Positions 48,737-59,432 of a stretch of 64,000 bases of DNA are shown piece by piece. The stretch is from a virus: the IMG/VR virus record IMGVR_UViG_3300045988_118131. One strand, 5' to 3'. How positions within the stretch are numbered: position 1 is the first letter of the stretch; every line of letters begins with the position of its first letter. The notes under the pieces are model-generated. The model saw nothing but the letters and a program-made list of their open reading frames with translations, searched no databases and was not told where the DNA came from. The position numbers and the translations under genes were made by a program.

Positions 48737-49876
48737 CTAAGCTTTTGCAGTTACAGTTACTTTACCCTGAGCTTCTTTGCCTTGGTAAACTACTTTGACA
48801 TTTATATCACCAGTTGGTGTACTATCCGAAGTTTTCAGACTACTTCCGGTGATAGATGCTCCAGTCACAGAACCGACAATAGACCAAGTTCCTCCAGAAG
48901 TCTTTTCTTGACTATCTACAGTAAACTTAAGAGCTATAGTTTCTCCTTGTTTAACTGTCTGTCCAGCAGGAACAGCTACTACAATTTCCGGAACGTCTGG
49001 ATCGTCTTCGTTAGTAATAGTTTCTAACGAGAGACCAGCAGCAGTAATAGCTGCTTCAAATGCTTCAGCTAAATCCTGTCTTACGAAGAATACATGATGT
49101 GTAATGGAAGTTACCGTATCACCTACAGCATCAGATCCCATAATTCCTCTATCTTTGCAGTATTCTAGAGTGTATTGGTTATATAGCATTCCTATAACTG
49201 GCATTTCATCCTGCGTAGGAGAACCAAAACGTAGAGCTTCCAAAGTCGGAAGTCTTAAATTTTTCATAATATAAGTATATGTACCGAAACCTTCTTTACC
49301 ATTGGCAATTACTGCTTCTGATACTTTCTTATATTGATTTTGGTCGTCGGGATATACGGATACGGTTGCAGAAACTAATTTCTGAAGCTCAGCTTTATTA
49401 AATACTTCGTATTCGTCTGTTCCAGAAATAACTACTTTATTACTATCGTTCTTACTAGCCTTGATATAAGGATAGAGATTTTGTTGGAAGAATCTAACAG
49501 CTTTTACCATATTGTCAGCAATAGTAGAAGCGTTATCTCCATGAGCTACTTTAAATTCAATATGAATAGGTTTGCTCTTATAAACTGTAGCTGCTGTAGC
49601 CATAGTTGAAGCTTGACTTCCAGACAGTCTCATAAATAACTCAATTCTATAGAAATCTTCGGCTCCAGCCTCAGACGGTGCTGTCGGAGGGGTGAATGTA
49701 GCTGTACTTATGATTCCTTTATATCCTTCTCTTTTGGAAATATATTTAACAGAATCTTTATTAAATCTCCCAACTCTCTTAACTCTAAATTGATTGTTTT
49801 TACCTTCGAACTTAACTAATCCGCTTAGTTCGTCAGTATCTGAATTGATAACTACTGTGTTTGTGTAAGTAAACAT
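48737..49876 (-). CDS. capsid-associated protein with C-terminal Ig-like domain (379 aa), possible head fibre or decoration protein
   Basis: The C-terminal roughly 90 aa (VPAGQTVKQGETIALKFTVDSQ...GDINVKVVYQGKEAQGKVTVTAKA) looks like a bacterial Ig-like (Big_2-type) domain. A strong terminator follows. TAG stop and no TGA. Confidence 0.45.
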   Translation of the reverse strand: MFTYTNTVVINSDTDELSGLVKFEGKNNQFRVKRVGRFNKDSVKYISKREGYKGIISTATFTPPTAPSEAGAEDFYRIELFMRLSGSQASTMATAATVYKSKPIHIEFKVAHGDNASTIADNMVKAVRFFQQNLYPYIKASKNDSNKVVISGTDEYEVFNKAELQKLVSATVSVYPDDQNQYKKVSEAVIANGKEGFGTYTYIMKNLRLPTLEALRFGSPTQDEMPVIGMLYNQYTLEYCKDRGIMGSDAVGDTVTSITHHVFFVRQDLAEAFEAAITAAGLSLETITNEDDPDVPEIVVAVPAGQTVKQGETIALKFTVDSQEKTSGGTWSIVGSVTGASITGSSLKTSDSTPTGDINVKVVYQGKEAQGKVTVTAKA

Positions 49877-49888
49877 AGATTAAAATTA

Positions 49889-50818
49889 TTATTTAGTTTG
49901 CGGCTGCTGTTGAACTGGTGAAGCAATAGCCTGATTAATAGGAATATTTGTTTGTAATCTTGGGTCTCCTGCATTTTCTAGCAGAAGTGTTACCAGCTCC
50001 TTTACAATCTCATAACATACATAATCTGGTCACTCAAGAACTTGAGATGTATCCTCTACCAAGTCTAACTCTTCTTGAGTTAATCTTATATACTGAGGAG
50101 TCTTTATATAATCAATAAATACTTTTTCTAACTCAAATAATGAGTTGTCTTTTCCATATCGAATTTCCATTCTTACTGGAGAGACATTTCCGTATCTTAA
50201 TTTAGCTAAGCGTTCTACGTTTGAAGCTGATCCTTTAGTTAACTTTATAGTAGTTGGAAGCCCTCCAGATATTTGAGAATCCTCCTCATTTTGAACATCA
50301 GTACCCCAAGTTCCATCATAAGGATTAGTGGGATTAGTTTCAGAAACATTTACATTATGTAAATAAAAGTAAGGCTTTTTGTAGGAAGGCTTATTGTACG
50401 CATTAATTATAACTGTAGGTCACATATCTCCAGTCAATCTTTGAGCTGGAAACTGAACCTTGTTACCTTTATTATAACATTTGAAATTTTTAGCAACATT
50501 GTATTGACACACACAATTCAAAATATGAAAATAGTCATTTGGAAGCTCTACTTCATAGACAGCACCATATAAAGAATCAATTCCAGTTTCGTCTCCATAT
50601 TTAGATGAAGCCAGTACTGGTCTCAATATTGCTGTTGCTTTAAGAACCCGCAAATCATCAGATGTTTGCTGATTTATATCATAAATGTTATATCGCTTAT
50701 CTAAATACTGATAAAAAGATTTATTAATTAAATACACATAATCCTCCAGCAGTAAACTTTGTGCTCCTACTTTATTAGTTTCTATTAGAGCATATTCAAA
50801 TAATTGTCTAGAGGTCAT
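49889..50818 (-). CDS. hypothetical capsid-module protein (309 aa with TGA as sense)
   Basis: ORF 50420..50818 continues in frame through TGA at 50420 and 50030 to TAA at 49889. Confidence 0.55.
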
Positions 50819-50825
50819 TTATATA

Positions 50826-51668
50826 TTATTCTAGGTCAAGAGCTTTCACGGCATTAGGATTAGTGACTTCTAATTCATCGCCATACGTGTCTCTTTTAAT
50901 TAGTGCTAACATCTTAGAATTTCTTGGGTCTCTCATCCATGCTAACACAGCATCTATTGTTCCTCCCAAAGGTATTCCATCACCATAAATGTAAACTCTG
51001 TTTTTACTGTAAATAACGTCCTTGTCCTTAGCATCCATAAATAATACTCTAAGTACAAGATCTTCTCCAGTATATAAGTTGATAATTTTATCAGGATCTT
51101 TACTAGCTATGTCTAATAGATACTCTTTAATGTCTGCATCAGGAGCATTTCTAAGATTTCTTCCAAGTAATCTTGCCATTTTGAGTCTTCCATCTGCTCC
51201 TTCCGGATCATTAAAGACGTAAGTCTCAGCTGTGTGGATTTTCTCTCTACGACTAACCTTCTTGCTAGTTTCGTATCCAGGTCTTTCCACATATAGTTCT
51301 GCTGCACTGTATTTAATGCCTGATTGTCTACTAAGAACATAGTTACCGTTCTTATCCTTTTGGTCAATAGTTTTAGCAATCAAAGAACAATTCTTAATAG
51401 CCTCCCATTGTGCTCTTTCAATAGGATTATCTAGATTAAATTCTTTTCCACTTTCAAACGTAATAGAAAAGTTTTCAGGAATATAGACTTTGCCGCTGTT
51501 TCTTTCAGCATCAGTCATAATCATGTCACCTTTTGAATCTACATATTTTACACAATCGGGATATTGTCCAGTCACTCTATCTTTACATGGTTGTAGAGTA
51601 TATTTTTGACCTACTTTACCATATACACTTCTAAGGATAATTTTATTATCAACGTAGTCTTTTGCCAT
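50826..51668 (-). CDS. hypothetical capsid-module protein (280 aa)
   Basis: ATG ORF with a TAA stop. No in-frame TGA. Confidence 0.6.
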   Translation of the reverse strand: MAKDYVDNKIILRSVYGKVGQKYTLQPCKDRVTGQYPDCVKYVDSKGDMIMTDAERNSGKVYIPENFSITFESGKEFNLDNPIERAQWEAIKNCSLIAKTIDQKDKNGNYVLSRQSGIKYSAAELYVERPGYETSKKVSRREKIHTAETYVFNDPEGADGRLKMARLLGRNLRNAPDADIKEYLLDIASKDPDKIINLYTGEDLVLRVLFMDAKDKDVIYSKNRVYIYGDGIPLGGTIDAVLAWMRDPRNSKMLALIKRDTYGDELEVTNPNAVKALDLE

Positions 51669-51689
51669 ATTAATTCATTATTAATTAAA

Positions 51690-51725
51690 ATATAAAAAGT
51701 GTTGTGGAGGGTCTTTGCCCTCCAC
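51690..51725 (-). terminator. Rho-independent terminator after gene 51747..53159
   Basis: On the minus strand, GTGGAGGG-CAAAGA-CCCTCCAC is followed by AACACTTTTTATATTTT. Confidence 0.7.
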
Positions 51726-51746
51726 TTATCTGTATATTTTTTGATA

Positions 51747-53159
51747 CTATGCCTCAATTAACATATATGATCTATATGGGTTAAATACTGCAACTCCAGA
51801 ATAACCCCAGTTAATAAGTTTACTTGCTGCAACAGCAGAAGAAACTACTCCAGAACTTAAACCGTCTAAACCACCAACTCCAGGGAATCTATTAGAAATA
51901 AAGTCTCCTCCTTTAAGAGTGAACATCTGCAAAGCAGGTTTACCGTCTACGGAGTCAGCTGTTAAGTCAATAAATACTCCAAAGGCTTTTCTATCCCATT
52001 CATAAGATAGAGCACGGTCAACTTGGAATGTAACTTGGTTTCCAGCAAATTCATAAGACTGGAATGTAGCACCTACCTCTAGATATTTATTCTTTGCAGT
52101 AGAGTACATATAAGTTGAACATGGTTTAAATCTAGACAAATATTCTGAAAGAACATTTTGAACCATTGTCCACATAATCTCATTGCAAATGAAGATGTAT
52201 TTGTTTCCAATTGGTTTTTCAGACTTTTGAACCATTTCATTCATAGCAGTCTGGAATACATTAATAGTCATTTTGTTGAAGATATACTTACCGCAATATC
52301 TTTCGATTTGTGGAAGAACACCATCTCCAATATAAATTGGTCTACCAGTATCAGGGTCTTGAATAGTTGCTTTGCCGTTTTTATCAACGTTAGTTCTATT
52401 GAACATTGAACCGTTGTTACGAGCATATAAGAAAGAGTCTAACAATTGTTTTTCTTTCTTATCCATTTTGTAGATTGTCGGAATAAGAGATTTCTTATCC
52501 TTTCCTTCAGCTACTTGGATAAATACATTTTCCATAGCAGCAAACTGAGCTGAGTAAGATACATCAACACGGTGTGTAGTAATATATCCTCTGTGTGTTT
52601 CAACATTAGATTGATATTTGATGTAACCTTCTTCGTGCATTTCTGGCATAGCATTAGACTGGAATCTAGTAGTCATACCTACCTGGCAACCGTCTAGATC
52701 AAGAACTGAAGAATAATCGTTGTCGATTAGTCTTACTGTATATTCCCAGAAATCATCAGCTTTTCTAATAGGTCTTGAAACAACCTGACATTGCTGACGA
52801 GTTGCATCAATTTTAAAGATGTCATACTTTTCGTAGTATCTTTCTTTAAAATGCATAATAATATCTTCTCCTGCTGCACCCTGTTCTGGAACTGCAGCAA
52901 ATTCTACACGTTTAATGTAGTTAGTTTCGATGTCCCATTCAAAATAAGGAGCTTCTAATGATTTGTACTGTTCTTTCTTATGATCCATATAGAAAACATT
53001 TCTAAGACCTTCTGTAAGGAAAGAAGTAGTTAAATATGGATACATACGTGACATTACACCTAAACGATGTGGTTTAGCACCTACGAATTTATAAAAATCT
53101 TCGTAAGTCTTAGTATCGTTCATGTTTTGTTTGTTGGATACGTAACTTGCTACTAGCAT
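51747..53159 (-). CDS. putative major capsid protein (470 aa)
   Basis: Its size, its position downstream of an acidic scaffold-like gene, its own terminator and its lack of TGA codons are consistent with a highly expressed head protein. I did not verify a diagnostic motif. Confidence 0.45.
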   Translation of the reverse strand: MLVASYVSNKQNMNDTKTYEDFYKFVGAKPHRLGVMSRMYPYLTTSFLTEGLRNVFYMDHKKEQYKSLEAPYFEWDIETNYIKRVEFAAVPEQGAAGEDIIMHFKERYYEKYDIFKIDATRQQCQVVSRPIRKADDFWEYTVRLIDNDYSSVLDLDGCQVGMTTRFQSNAMPEMHEEGYIKYQSNVETHRGYITTHRVDVSYSAQFAAMENVFIQVAEGKDKKSLIPTIYKMDKKEKQLLDSFLYARNNGSMFNRTNVDKNGKATIQDPDTGRPIYIGDGVLPQIERYCGKYIFNKMTINVFQTAMNEMVQKSEKPIGNKYIFICNEIMWTMVQNVLSEYLSRFKPCSTYMYSTAKNKYLEVGATFQSYEFAGNQVTFQVDRALSYEWDRKAFGVFIDLTADSVDGKPALQMFTLKGGDFISNRFPGVGGLDGLSSGVVSSAVAASKLINWGYSGVAVFNPYRSYMLIEA

Positions 53160-53182
53160 ACTTTATTTTATTTTTATGGTTA

Positions 53183-54271
53183 TTAATCTAAGTCTAAAAT
53201 AGGAATATCACTACCTAAACTTATGGTTTTTTGTTTGTCTGATTTAGATGGAGAACTTTTCTTATTTATTTTAGATTTTTTACCACTTAAAGCATCCTTA
53301 TAGCCTTCTTCATACTTAGTCTGAGAATGTTGTTTAACAACATCAGTCCAGTAATCATTTAGTGCTTTTATAGAATCAGCACCATCTAAAAGGAATCATG
53401 CCATTTTAACTATACTTTCTGGGTCTTTTAAGGCTCTATACATGTAGTTAGTTCCAGTGGCATCAGTTCCTAAAATAAATTCTGCAATGCGTTCTCTGTC
53501 TTCGTCCTCTAAGTCAAACGATTCAATTGTTTTTAAGCCATTGATAGCTTCTATCATAGAATTAGCAAAAGCCTCTTGTGCTTCCTGGTCTTTAGCTTCA
53601 TCAACAAGTTTTTGTTCTTCTATCTTAGCTTCCTCTTTGGCTTTATATCCATCTCTTAATGCTTGTATCTTTTTATTCCATAGAGTCTCGTTAGCTTTCT
53701 CGTGTTCTAAATATTGCTGAGCCTCCTCTTCAGTAATATCTCCAAAATTATACTTTAAATCTAACAAGTATAATTCTTCATCAGATAACTTGTCTACTTC
53801 ATAGTGAGGTTCGCTATTAGCTGCTACAAAATCCTCTATGGCTTTATTACGAACATAATCTAAGTAGTCTTCTACGGATAAGTTATTATCTCTTAAAAGA
53901 CTTATAAATTCTGTCTCTTCAGGTTCAAGTCCATAGTTATCGTCTAAATCTGAAGAGTTTAATATATTGAGTTGCTCTTCTCTAGATAAACTGTTGAAAT
54001 CAACTTCCTGGATATTTCCCTGCTCATCTTCGTACTTAATAGCTGATGGATCTTTTATACCTTTACTTTTTAGTAAAGCAACTAATAGATCATCGTCGTT
54101 ATCTGAATTTTGGTCTGAAGTATCACCTTCGTCCCCTTTATTAGAGTCACCGTCGTCACCGTGATCATCTAAATTATCATCAAGCCCTTCTATATTTACA
54201 GAATCAAGAGCCTGATCATCTGAATCACCGTCTACGGGATCTATGTCTAAATAGTCTAAATCATCGTTCAT
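53183..54271 (-). CDS. acidic, coiled-coil-rich protein (362 aa with TGA as sense), possible scaffolding protein
   Basis: ORF 53396..54271 continues through TGA at 53396-53398 to TAA at 53183. The N-terminus is extremely D/E-rich and the central segments are E/K-rich. It lies immediately upstream of the putative capsid gene. Confidence 0.45.
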
Positions 54272-54388
54272 ATTAATTCCCTTTAAAATTATTTACAAAA
54301 TTAGCTATATTTTACGTGTTTGCAAAATAAAAAACAACTCATTTTAATTAAACCTGCAAAGTAGTAAATTGTAGTAAGTTATGTGCTA

Positions 54389-54721
54389 TTAATTATCTTG
54401 TGTTAACATAAGAATAGTATCAAGATTAGTTTCAGTCACTCCTCTAGTTTTATTTATCCTATTAGCACAATTTTTTAAATATTCTCTTTCTTCATTTGAA
54501 AATTCTATATCTACATAATGAGTTTTAGCCTTATCACTAATATATTTTAGCATTATGTTATTATTATTATCTGAATCTAAGACAATTCCCATGCCCTCTT
54601 CTTCTTTAGTTAATTTTATCTTTTCCTTTATACTTTTATTTTTTAACATATCCTCTATACTTCCATTCGGAGGAAGGAGTCCTAAAATAATAATTATTCT
54701 ATCAACTACACTAAGTTTCAT
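54389..54721 (-). CDS. hypothetical protein (110 aa)
   Basis: ATG ORF with a TAA stop. It starts 4 nt after the stop of the upstream fibre-like gene. Confidence 0.5.
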   Translation of the reverse strand: MKLSVVDRIIIILGLLPPNGSIEDMLKNKSIKEKIKLTKEEEGMGIVLDSDNNNNIMLKYISDKAKTHYVDIEFSNEEREYLKNCANRINKTRGVTETNLDTILMLTQDN

Positions 54722-54724
54722 AAT

Positions 54725-57541
54725 TTAAGTTTTACATGGACTTATCCATCATGTCTTGTTGTGATTATCTCATATGGCTATTATAGTTTCTTCTTTTCCA
54801 GATTGTTGAGAAGTTGAAGTTCCGCTACTTATTCCTCATAGTACCTTATTTCCTCCACCACTTATAGTAACAGTATATCCAGTATTTCTAATAAAATACA
54901 TTTGCCCATCTTCTGGAGACGAGGGCATAGTTAATGTTACATCTCTAATAGCTATAACTATACTATCCATAGTACTTAAAGTAGTAGATTTAGCTATTCT
55001 TCTAGTTCTTAGTCTAAATCCACAAATATCTCCCTTAGCTAAATATAGAGCATGATTTCCAGAAGTAATCAAGTCATCATATGGAATAGCTCCAGTAACA
55101 CTAACATATAATCCAGCATTTCCTCCTGGATAATCTTCTTTTAAATCTCTAGTAACTTCTAATCGTTGAGGAGCTACTAACGAACCACCACTAGTGGCTG
55201 GAATAGTATCTCCTCCCAAGTAAGCTGTAGAACCTACTGAGGAATCAGTAAATTTTATTAAATCAGCAGATAATAACATAGTCTTAGTCTTATCCGCCGA
55301 GGTAGCTTCCATTCTAGTATCTGACAATGCAAACCCTCCTATATTACCTTTATAAGAATATATAGTACCTTTAATATAAGCATTGTTAGCGTACATATTA
55401 CCGTTCTGGTCTACATAGAAAGCTCCACTTTCTATTTTCTCTAGTTCTGTTTTAGACATTAACTTTCCAGGTTGGTTTGGATCAGTAGACGGAGTAATTA
55501 CACCAGCTGAACTTATAGCGATTACTGGAAAGGTGTTCGTAGTATCTGCACCACTATAAACTCTCCCATTCATATAACAATTTTTGCTATTAGACCACAT
55601 CATCGCATTACTAAAATTCCATCCCCCCATATGACCGTTATTAGCAAATAATATTTCTGTAGCCACTGATTCAAAAGATGCTCCAAACCTTTTTCAGTAA
55701 TCGTTCTCTCCAGAAGTAGGAGGAGTTTTACCGCTGAAACTCCCGTTAACGGTTGTCTTACTATAATAATAAGCACCATTATGATATACAACTTCTACTA
55801 AGTCAGGGCTTCCTGTATAAGTAGCTCCTGATTCATAGTTACCTCTAAAATTCATAGCTGGACCTACAGGTCCAGGGTCTCCATCCTTAACTAACCTAGT
55901 ATAAACAGCTGGTGTAGACCAAGTTCACAAAGATTCTCCAACATCTTTAACTCCATTGCTATACCAAACAACTGGTCACCTTTCACTAGGAGCAAGAGCC
56001 GATGCTGACCAGCCACTTGGCACATCGTAAGAAGGACTGGGAGTGCTAGGTGTCCTCTCATCATAGTCATAGAATATAGTTCTAAAGCTAGCCCCATCTT
56101 CTCCATTATCTCCTTTCGAAGTATATAAATTCCAATAATTAGTATTAGTAGGTAATACATTACCATAAACATCCTTTATACAGATATAGGTACTTCCTTC
56201 GTAGGAAACTACGTCCCCTTTATTATATTTTATATTGGAACTCTGTATAAATGGTCCTCTTCAATTTATCATAACTGCGGTAGAGTCTGGATCTTCTTGA
56301 GTTATATATCCTTTTATAAACAATTGCTTTAAATCAGAGTCAAATCTGATGTATGTATTTCCATTACCTATCCTAAAATTACCATTAATCATATCCCAAT
56401 AACAATTTCCAGTTTGATCTTTTATAACTCCAGTAGTTATTGTATTTCCAGCAATTTCGGTAAACCCATACATAGTTTGAAAACTTCTTACTTTAGAAGC
56501 CTTTACTGTAGAGTCGCTAACTCCTCCAGATATTTCACTGCCTCCTTCACTAAGACTAGCTCTAGGAGTATTAAGTACTCCAACTCAGAACATATAATAC
56601 CCATCCTCAGACTCTAAAAGTTTTTGTTCTGTAGACAATAAGAACTCTCCTTGATTACTAGTTTTACTACATTTTGCATACAAGTAGTAAGGCTTTCCAG
56701 GATCTAAACCAGACTGGTCGAAATCTGGAGCAGTAAGTGATCCACTTATGTTATGCAAAACCTCCCAAGTAGCTCCTACCGTATCATCATTATTTTCTAA
56801 TCCTATTGTATTATGAATTAGCAATCCAGGTCTACTTATATCAACAATAAATGCGGCGAATCTATTTTCATCACCTAAGTGATTAGGAGAAAACTTAATA
56901 TTTTCTAAACTAAATTGCTGAGAATTAGTACCAACAATTAATTGAGCTGTATGTACTGCAAGTGGAGTAATTTTCTCAGTAAAATAGTTTCCCTCTGGGT
57001 CAAACATCATATCAAATGTCTCCATTACGTCCTGCCAAGTTCTCTGTGTAAAATCACTTTGGTTCTTTAAAGCATCACGTATTTCATCTAAATTTCCAGT
57101 AATCATATCTTCTAAGTCATTAACATTAAATAATGTGTTTACCCAATAGCCACCTTGTTGTACTAGCAAATCCCCATCTCTAAGGTTAACTAACATTACA
57201 TCTTCTAGTTCTGACAGTTTAGTAACTCCTTCAGAATTGTTGTTATTATTGCCAGCGCCTCCACCTAAAGGGATGAGTGATTTTTCTACTAAGGCATACA
57301 TTCCATCCCCATTTCTTACATAGTAAAATCCAGTTTTAGTTCCAATATCATTAATAGTATCTACTACGTGAATAATAACAGGAGCGTTAATTTTACCATC
57401 CTTTATTAAGTCTATGAAGGAATTTCCTTGCTGTATTTTTACCTTACCCTTAGTTTGTATAACAAAGTCCTTATCTCTAGAACCAGCTATAACTTGCTTA
57501 GTTCCCAGAACGGAATCTGATCTAATTAACTCTTGAGACAT
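54725..57541 (-). CDS. tail fibre or spike-like protein (938 aa with TGA as sense)
   Basis: ORFs 56585..57541, 56261..56473 and 54836..55666 plus the open stretches between them are in one frame. There are eight TGAs (56585, 56261, 55976, 55925, 55694, 54836, 54770, 54749). The composition is Gly/Ser/Thr/Asn/Tyr-rich. The function is inferred. Confidence 0.5.
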
Positions 57542-57543
57542 TT

Positions 57544-57981
57544 TTATTTTACTTCTATAATTAAATTATCCTTATCTTTCTCAAGTAATTCTAATAGCTT
57601 ATTGTAAGTAGCCCTAGAATTTAATACTTTTCCTTTAACTAAATTTTGCCCAACTAAAATGCACCCCTCTGTATCAGAACTAGTATTTCCACTGTGTATT
57701 CTTATTCCTAAAAAGTGAGGAACATTTAATAGCTCTGGAAGTATTTTTTTAAATCTGTTAGAATAGGATAAAACAACTTTATATGTTCCAGAAGGAATTG
57801 CTGTCTTTCCTTTAATCTTTCCTTCACATTTGCAGTCTATTCCATTAGGAGTATAAGGACATTCATCTGGAAGTACTCTAACTGTATCTTCCAAAGTATC
57901 ACAAAACCATTCTCCATCAATGTAGAGCTTTCCTATCGTGTACTCTGAACCTTTAAAAATTCTATTCAATAATAGCTTCAT
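57544..57981 (-). CDS. DUF5675-like protein (145 aa)
   Basis: Pattern TIGKLYIDGEWFCDTLED...KTAIPSGTYKV...VPHFLGIRIHSGNTSSDTEGCILVG, recalled as the DUF5675 family that is common in Bacteroidota and their phages. Confidence 0.55.
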   Translation of the reverse strand: MKLLLNRIFKGSEYTIGKLYIDGEWFCDTLEDTVRVLPDECPYTPNGIDCKCEGKIKGKTAIPSGTYKVVLSYSNRFKKILPELLNVPHFLGIRIHSGNTSSDTEGCILVGQNLVKGKVLNSRATYNKLLELLEKDKDNLIIEVK

Positions 57982-58014
57982 AACTTATTACTTATAATAA
58001 TTATTTCAAGATTA

Positions 58015-58074
58015 AACCATTTAAAGAGAATGTTCCGATTTTATTTTAAATTTGGAGTTCATCTTTAGATGGTT
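58015..58074. other. long hairpin element, copy B (homologous to 4821-4880)
   Basis: A 13-bp stem AACCATTTAAAGA / TCTTTAGATGGTT encloses a loop with blocks shared with copy A (GAAT, TCC, TTATTTT, GGAG.TC). It lies just downstream of the candidate promoter box at 58083-58090. Confidence 0.5.
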
Positions 58075-58082
58075 CCAGTCTG

Positions 58083-58090
58083 CAAATATA
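58083..58090 (-). promoter_or_regulatory. candidate Bacteroidota-type -7 box TATATTTG
   Basis: Matches TAnnTTTG on the minus strand in the 211-nt intergenic region upstream of 57981. The -33 element is weak. Confidence 0.4.
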
Positions 58091-58145
58091 TAAATAATTA
58101 TGCCTTATTCCGAATTAATTAAGTTAAATTAAGTTAATATACTCC

Positions 58146-58186
58146 TAAACAAAAATACCACCGATACAATTAAGTACCGATGGTAT
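58146..58186 (-). terminator. Rho-independent terminator after gene 58193..58507
   Basis: On the minus strand, the stem ATACCATCG / CGGTGGTAT (one G.U pair) is followed by TTTTTGTTT. Confidence 0.65.
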
Positions 58187-58192
58187 CTTTAG

Positions 58193-58507
58193 CTAGTTAG
58201 CTTTTTTATTTGCCTTAAATGTATTTACCAACTCGTCTACATCCTTATCAGTAAATTTAATTCGTCCTACTGTAAATCCGCCCATTCTCTTGATTTCTTC
58301 TCTGGCTGCTTCTCCAAGCATATCCACATTTATATTTCCATTCTTATCAATAAACAGATCTATAATTGGTCCATATTTATCAACAGCGTTTTTAACTACA
58401 TAATTTACAACAGCTTGTGTAGGCAATGAATTTAATCCAAACATAGTAGATGCTAAGTTTTTAGCATATTGTTCAAATGTTTTTACTAAAATCTCTTTAT
58501 CGCTCAT
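58193..58507 (-). CDS. hypothetical protein (104 aa)
   Basis: ATG ORF with a TAG stop, followed by a terminator. Confidence 0.55.
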   Translation of the reverse strand: MSDKEILVKTFEQYAKNLASTMFGLNSLPTQAVVNYVVKNAVDKYGPIIDLFIDKNGNINVDMLGEAAREEIKRMGGFTVGRIKFTDKDVDELVNTFKANKKAN

Positions 58508-58522
58508 AATTTATTAATTTAA

Positions 58523-58960
58523 TTACTGGTTATTTGTAAGCATCTCCTCATATTTTTTCTTGAGGTCTGGGTCATTTTCTAGTAAATTTAGCAACTTGTC
58601 AATTTTTTGTTGCTTGGCTCTTAACCCTTCATTTACCCTTTCTTTTTGCTGTTTGATGGTTGTTAGAAGGTTATTAGCAGCTATTTTTCCGTCTGGAGTA
58701 GTAACATACTCCACAGCAAATTTGCTTCCTAAATATCCCAAAAACCCTGCCTCATATGTCTGTTTGGCAAGTTGATATTCTCTTGACTCTGCCATAACAG
58801 CCTGCTCTTCTGAACTCATAGAAGAAACAATTTTATTAATTTCTTCCAAGACTGGTACAGACGCCTGCTTTTGTTGCTGCATTGCTTGCATAGTTTGCAT
58901 CTGCTGCAAGTAGGTAGTCTGTAAGTCTTGAAGATTAGTACCAAACGGATTTTCAAACAT
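58523..58960 (-). CDS. hypothetical Gln-rich coiled-coil protein (145 aa)
   Basis: ATG ORF with a TAA stop. Confidence 0.55.
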   Translation of the reverse strand: MFENPFGTNLQDLQTTYLQQMQTMQAMQQQKQASVPVLEEINKIVSSMSSEEQAVMAESREYQLAKQTYEAGFLGYLGSKFAVEYVTTPDGKIAANNLLTTIKQQKERVNEGLRAKQQKIDKLLNLLENDPDLKKKYEEMLTNNQ

Positions 58961-58961
58961 A

Positions 58962-59411
58962 CTAATTAAATCTTTCTATAAGAATATTTACGTTATAAGC
59001 TGGAGCATCGACTGAATTAATATTTAATGCAGAAGCTCCCGTATTTGTGATAGTTATTACATCTCCTTTATTAAGAGACAATACTGTCTTAATCTCATAC
59101 TCTGTATTTATGGCGGTTGCACCACTTGCTACTGGAGCTGCAGATACTATAACACCGTTTACAGAAATAGTAGGTATAATAGTAGAAGAAACAGTCCCAG
59201 GAGTACCTATAGCAGAAACATCTATCATATATGTACCCTTGTTAGTAACAACTAATGAGTTACCAGAAACTATAATATTGTTAGCACTAGAAGTAGCTAC
59301 AATGCTTCCTGGTTGTAAAACTCCGCCTAATGCCGCCCAAGTTTGGGTAACATTATTCTTTATATAAGTGTATCCAGGCGTACTGGATACACTTCTTCTG
59401 CAACAACTCAT
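58962..59411 (-). CDS. hypothetical beta-rich protein (149 aa), possibly C1q/BclA-C-terminal-like
   Basis: ATG ORF with a TAG stop. The Ser/Thr/Val/Asn-rich composition suggests all-beta structure. The fold assignment is speculative. Confidence 0.5.
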   Translation of the reverse strand: MSCCRRSVSSTPGYTYIKNNVTQTWAALGGVLQPGSIVATSSANNIIVSGNSLVVTNKGTYMIDVSAIGTPGTVSSTIIPTISVNGVIVSAAPVASGATAINTEYEIKTVLSLNKGDVITITNTGASALNINSVDAPAYNVNILIERFN

Positions 59412-59432
59412 ATTTACTTCCTTTTTAAATTA

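Noticed and set aside
54320-54362. TATTTTG and TACTTTG boxes upstream of gene 53183..54271 as promoters
   Set aside because: Both are one nucleotide short of the TAnnTTTG consensus and lack a -33 TTTG at the right spacing. They are left as unassigned candidates.
35206-56172. Alternative-frame minus-strand ORFs 35206..35388, 51113..51379, 55600..55791 and 55891..56172
   Set aside because: They are embedded out of frame within longer genes whose frame is supported by continuity across TGAs. Their composition is atypical.
4892-57541. The fragmented minus-strand ORFs could be pseudogenes or a decayed prophage
   Set aside because: Every interruption is TGA and never TAA or TAG. The frame is always preserved. 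Conserved domains (DUF192, RT, DGR target) run straight across the TGAs.
58117-58136. Tandem repeat AATTAAGTTA x2, considered as a possible CRISPR-like or iteron element
   Set aside because: There are only two 10-nt units in an AT-rich spacer, with no further copies and no spacer structure. Chance is the likely explanation.
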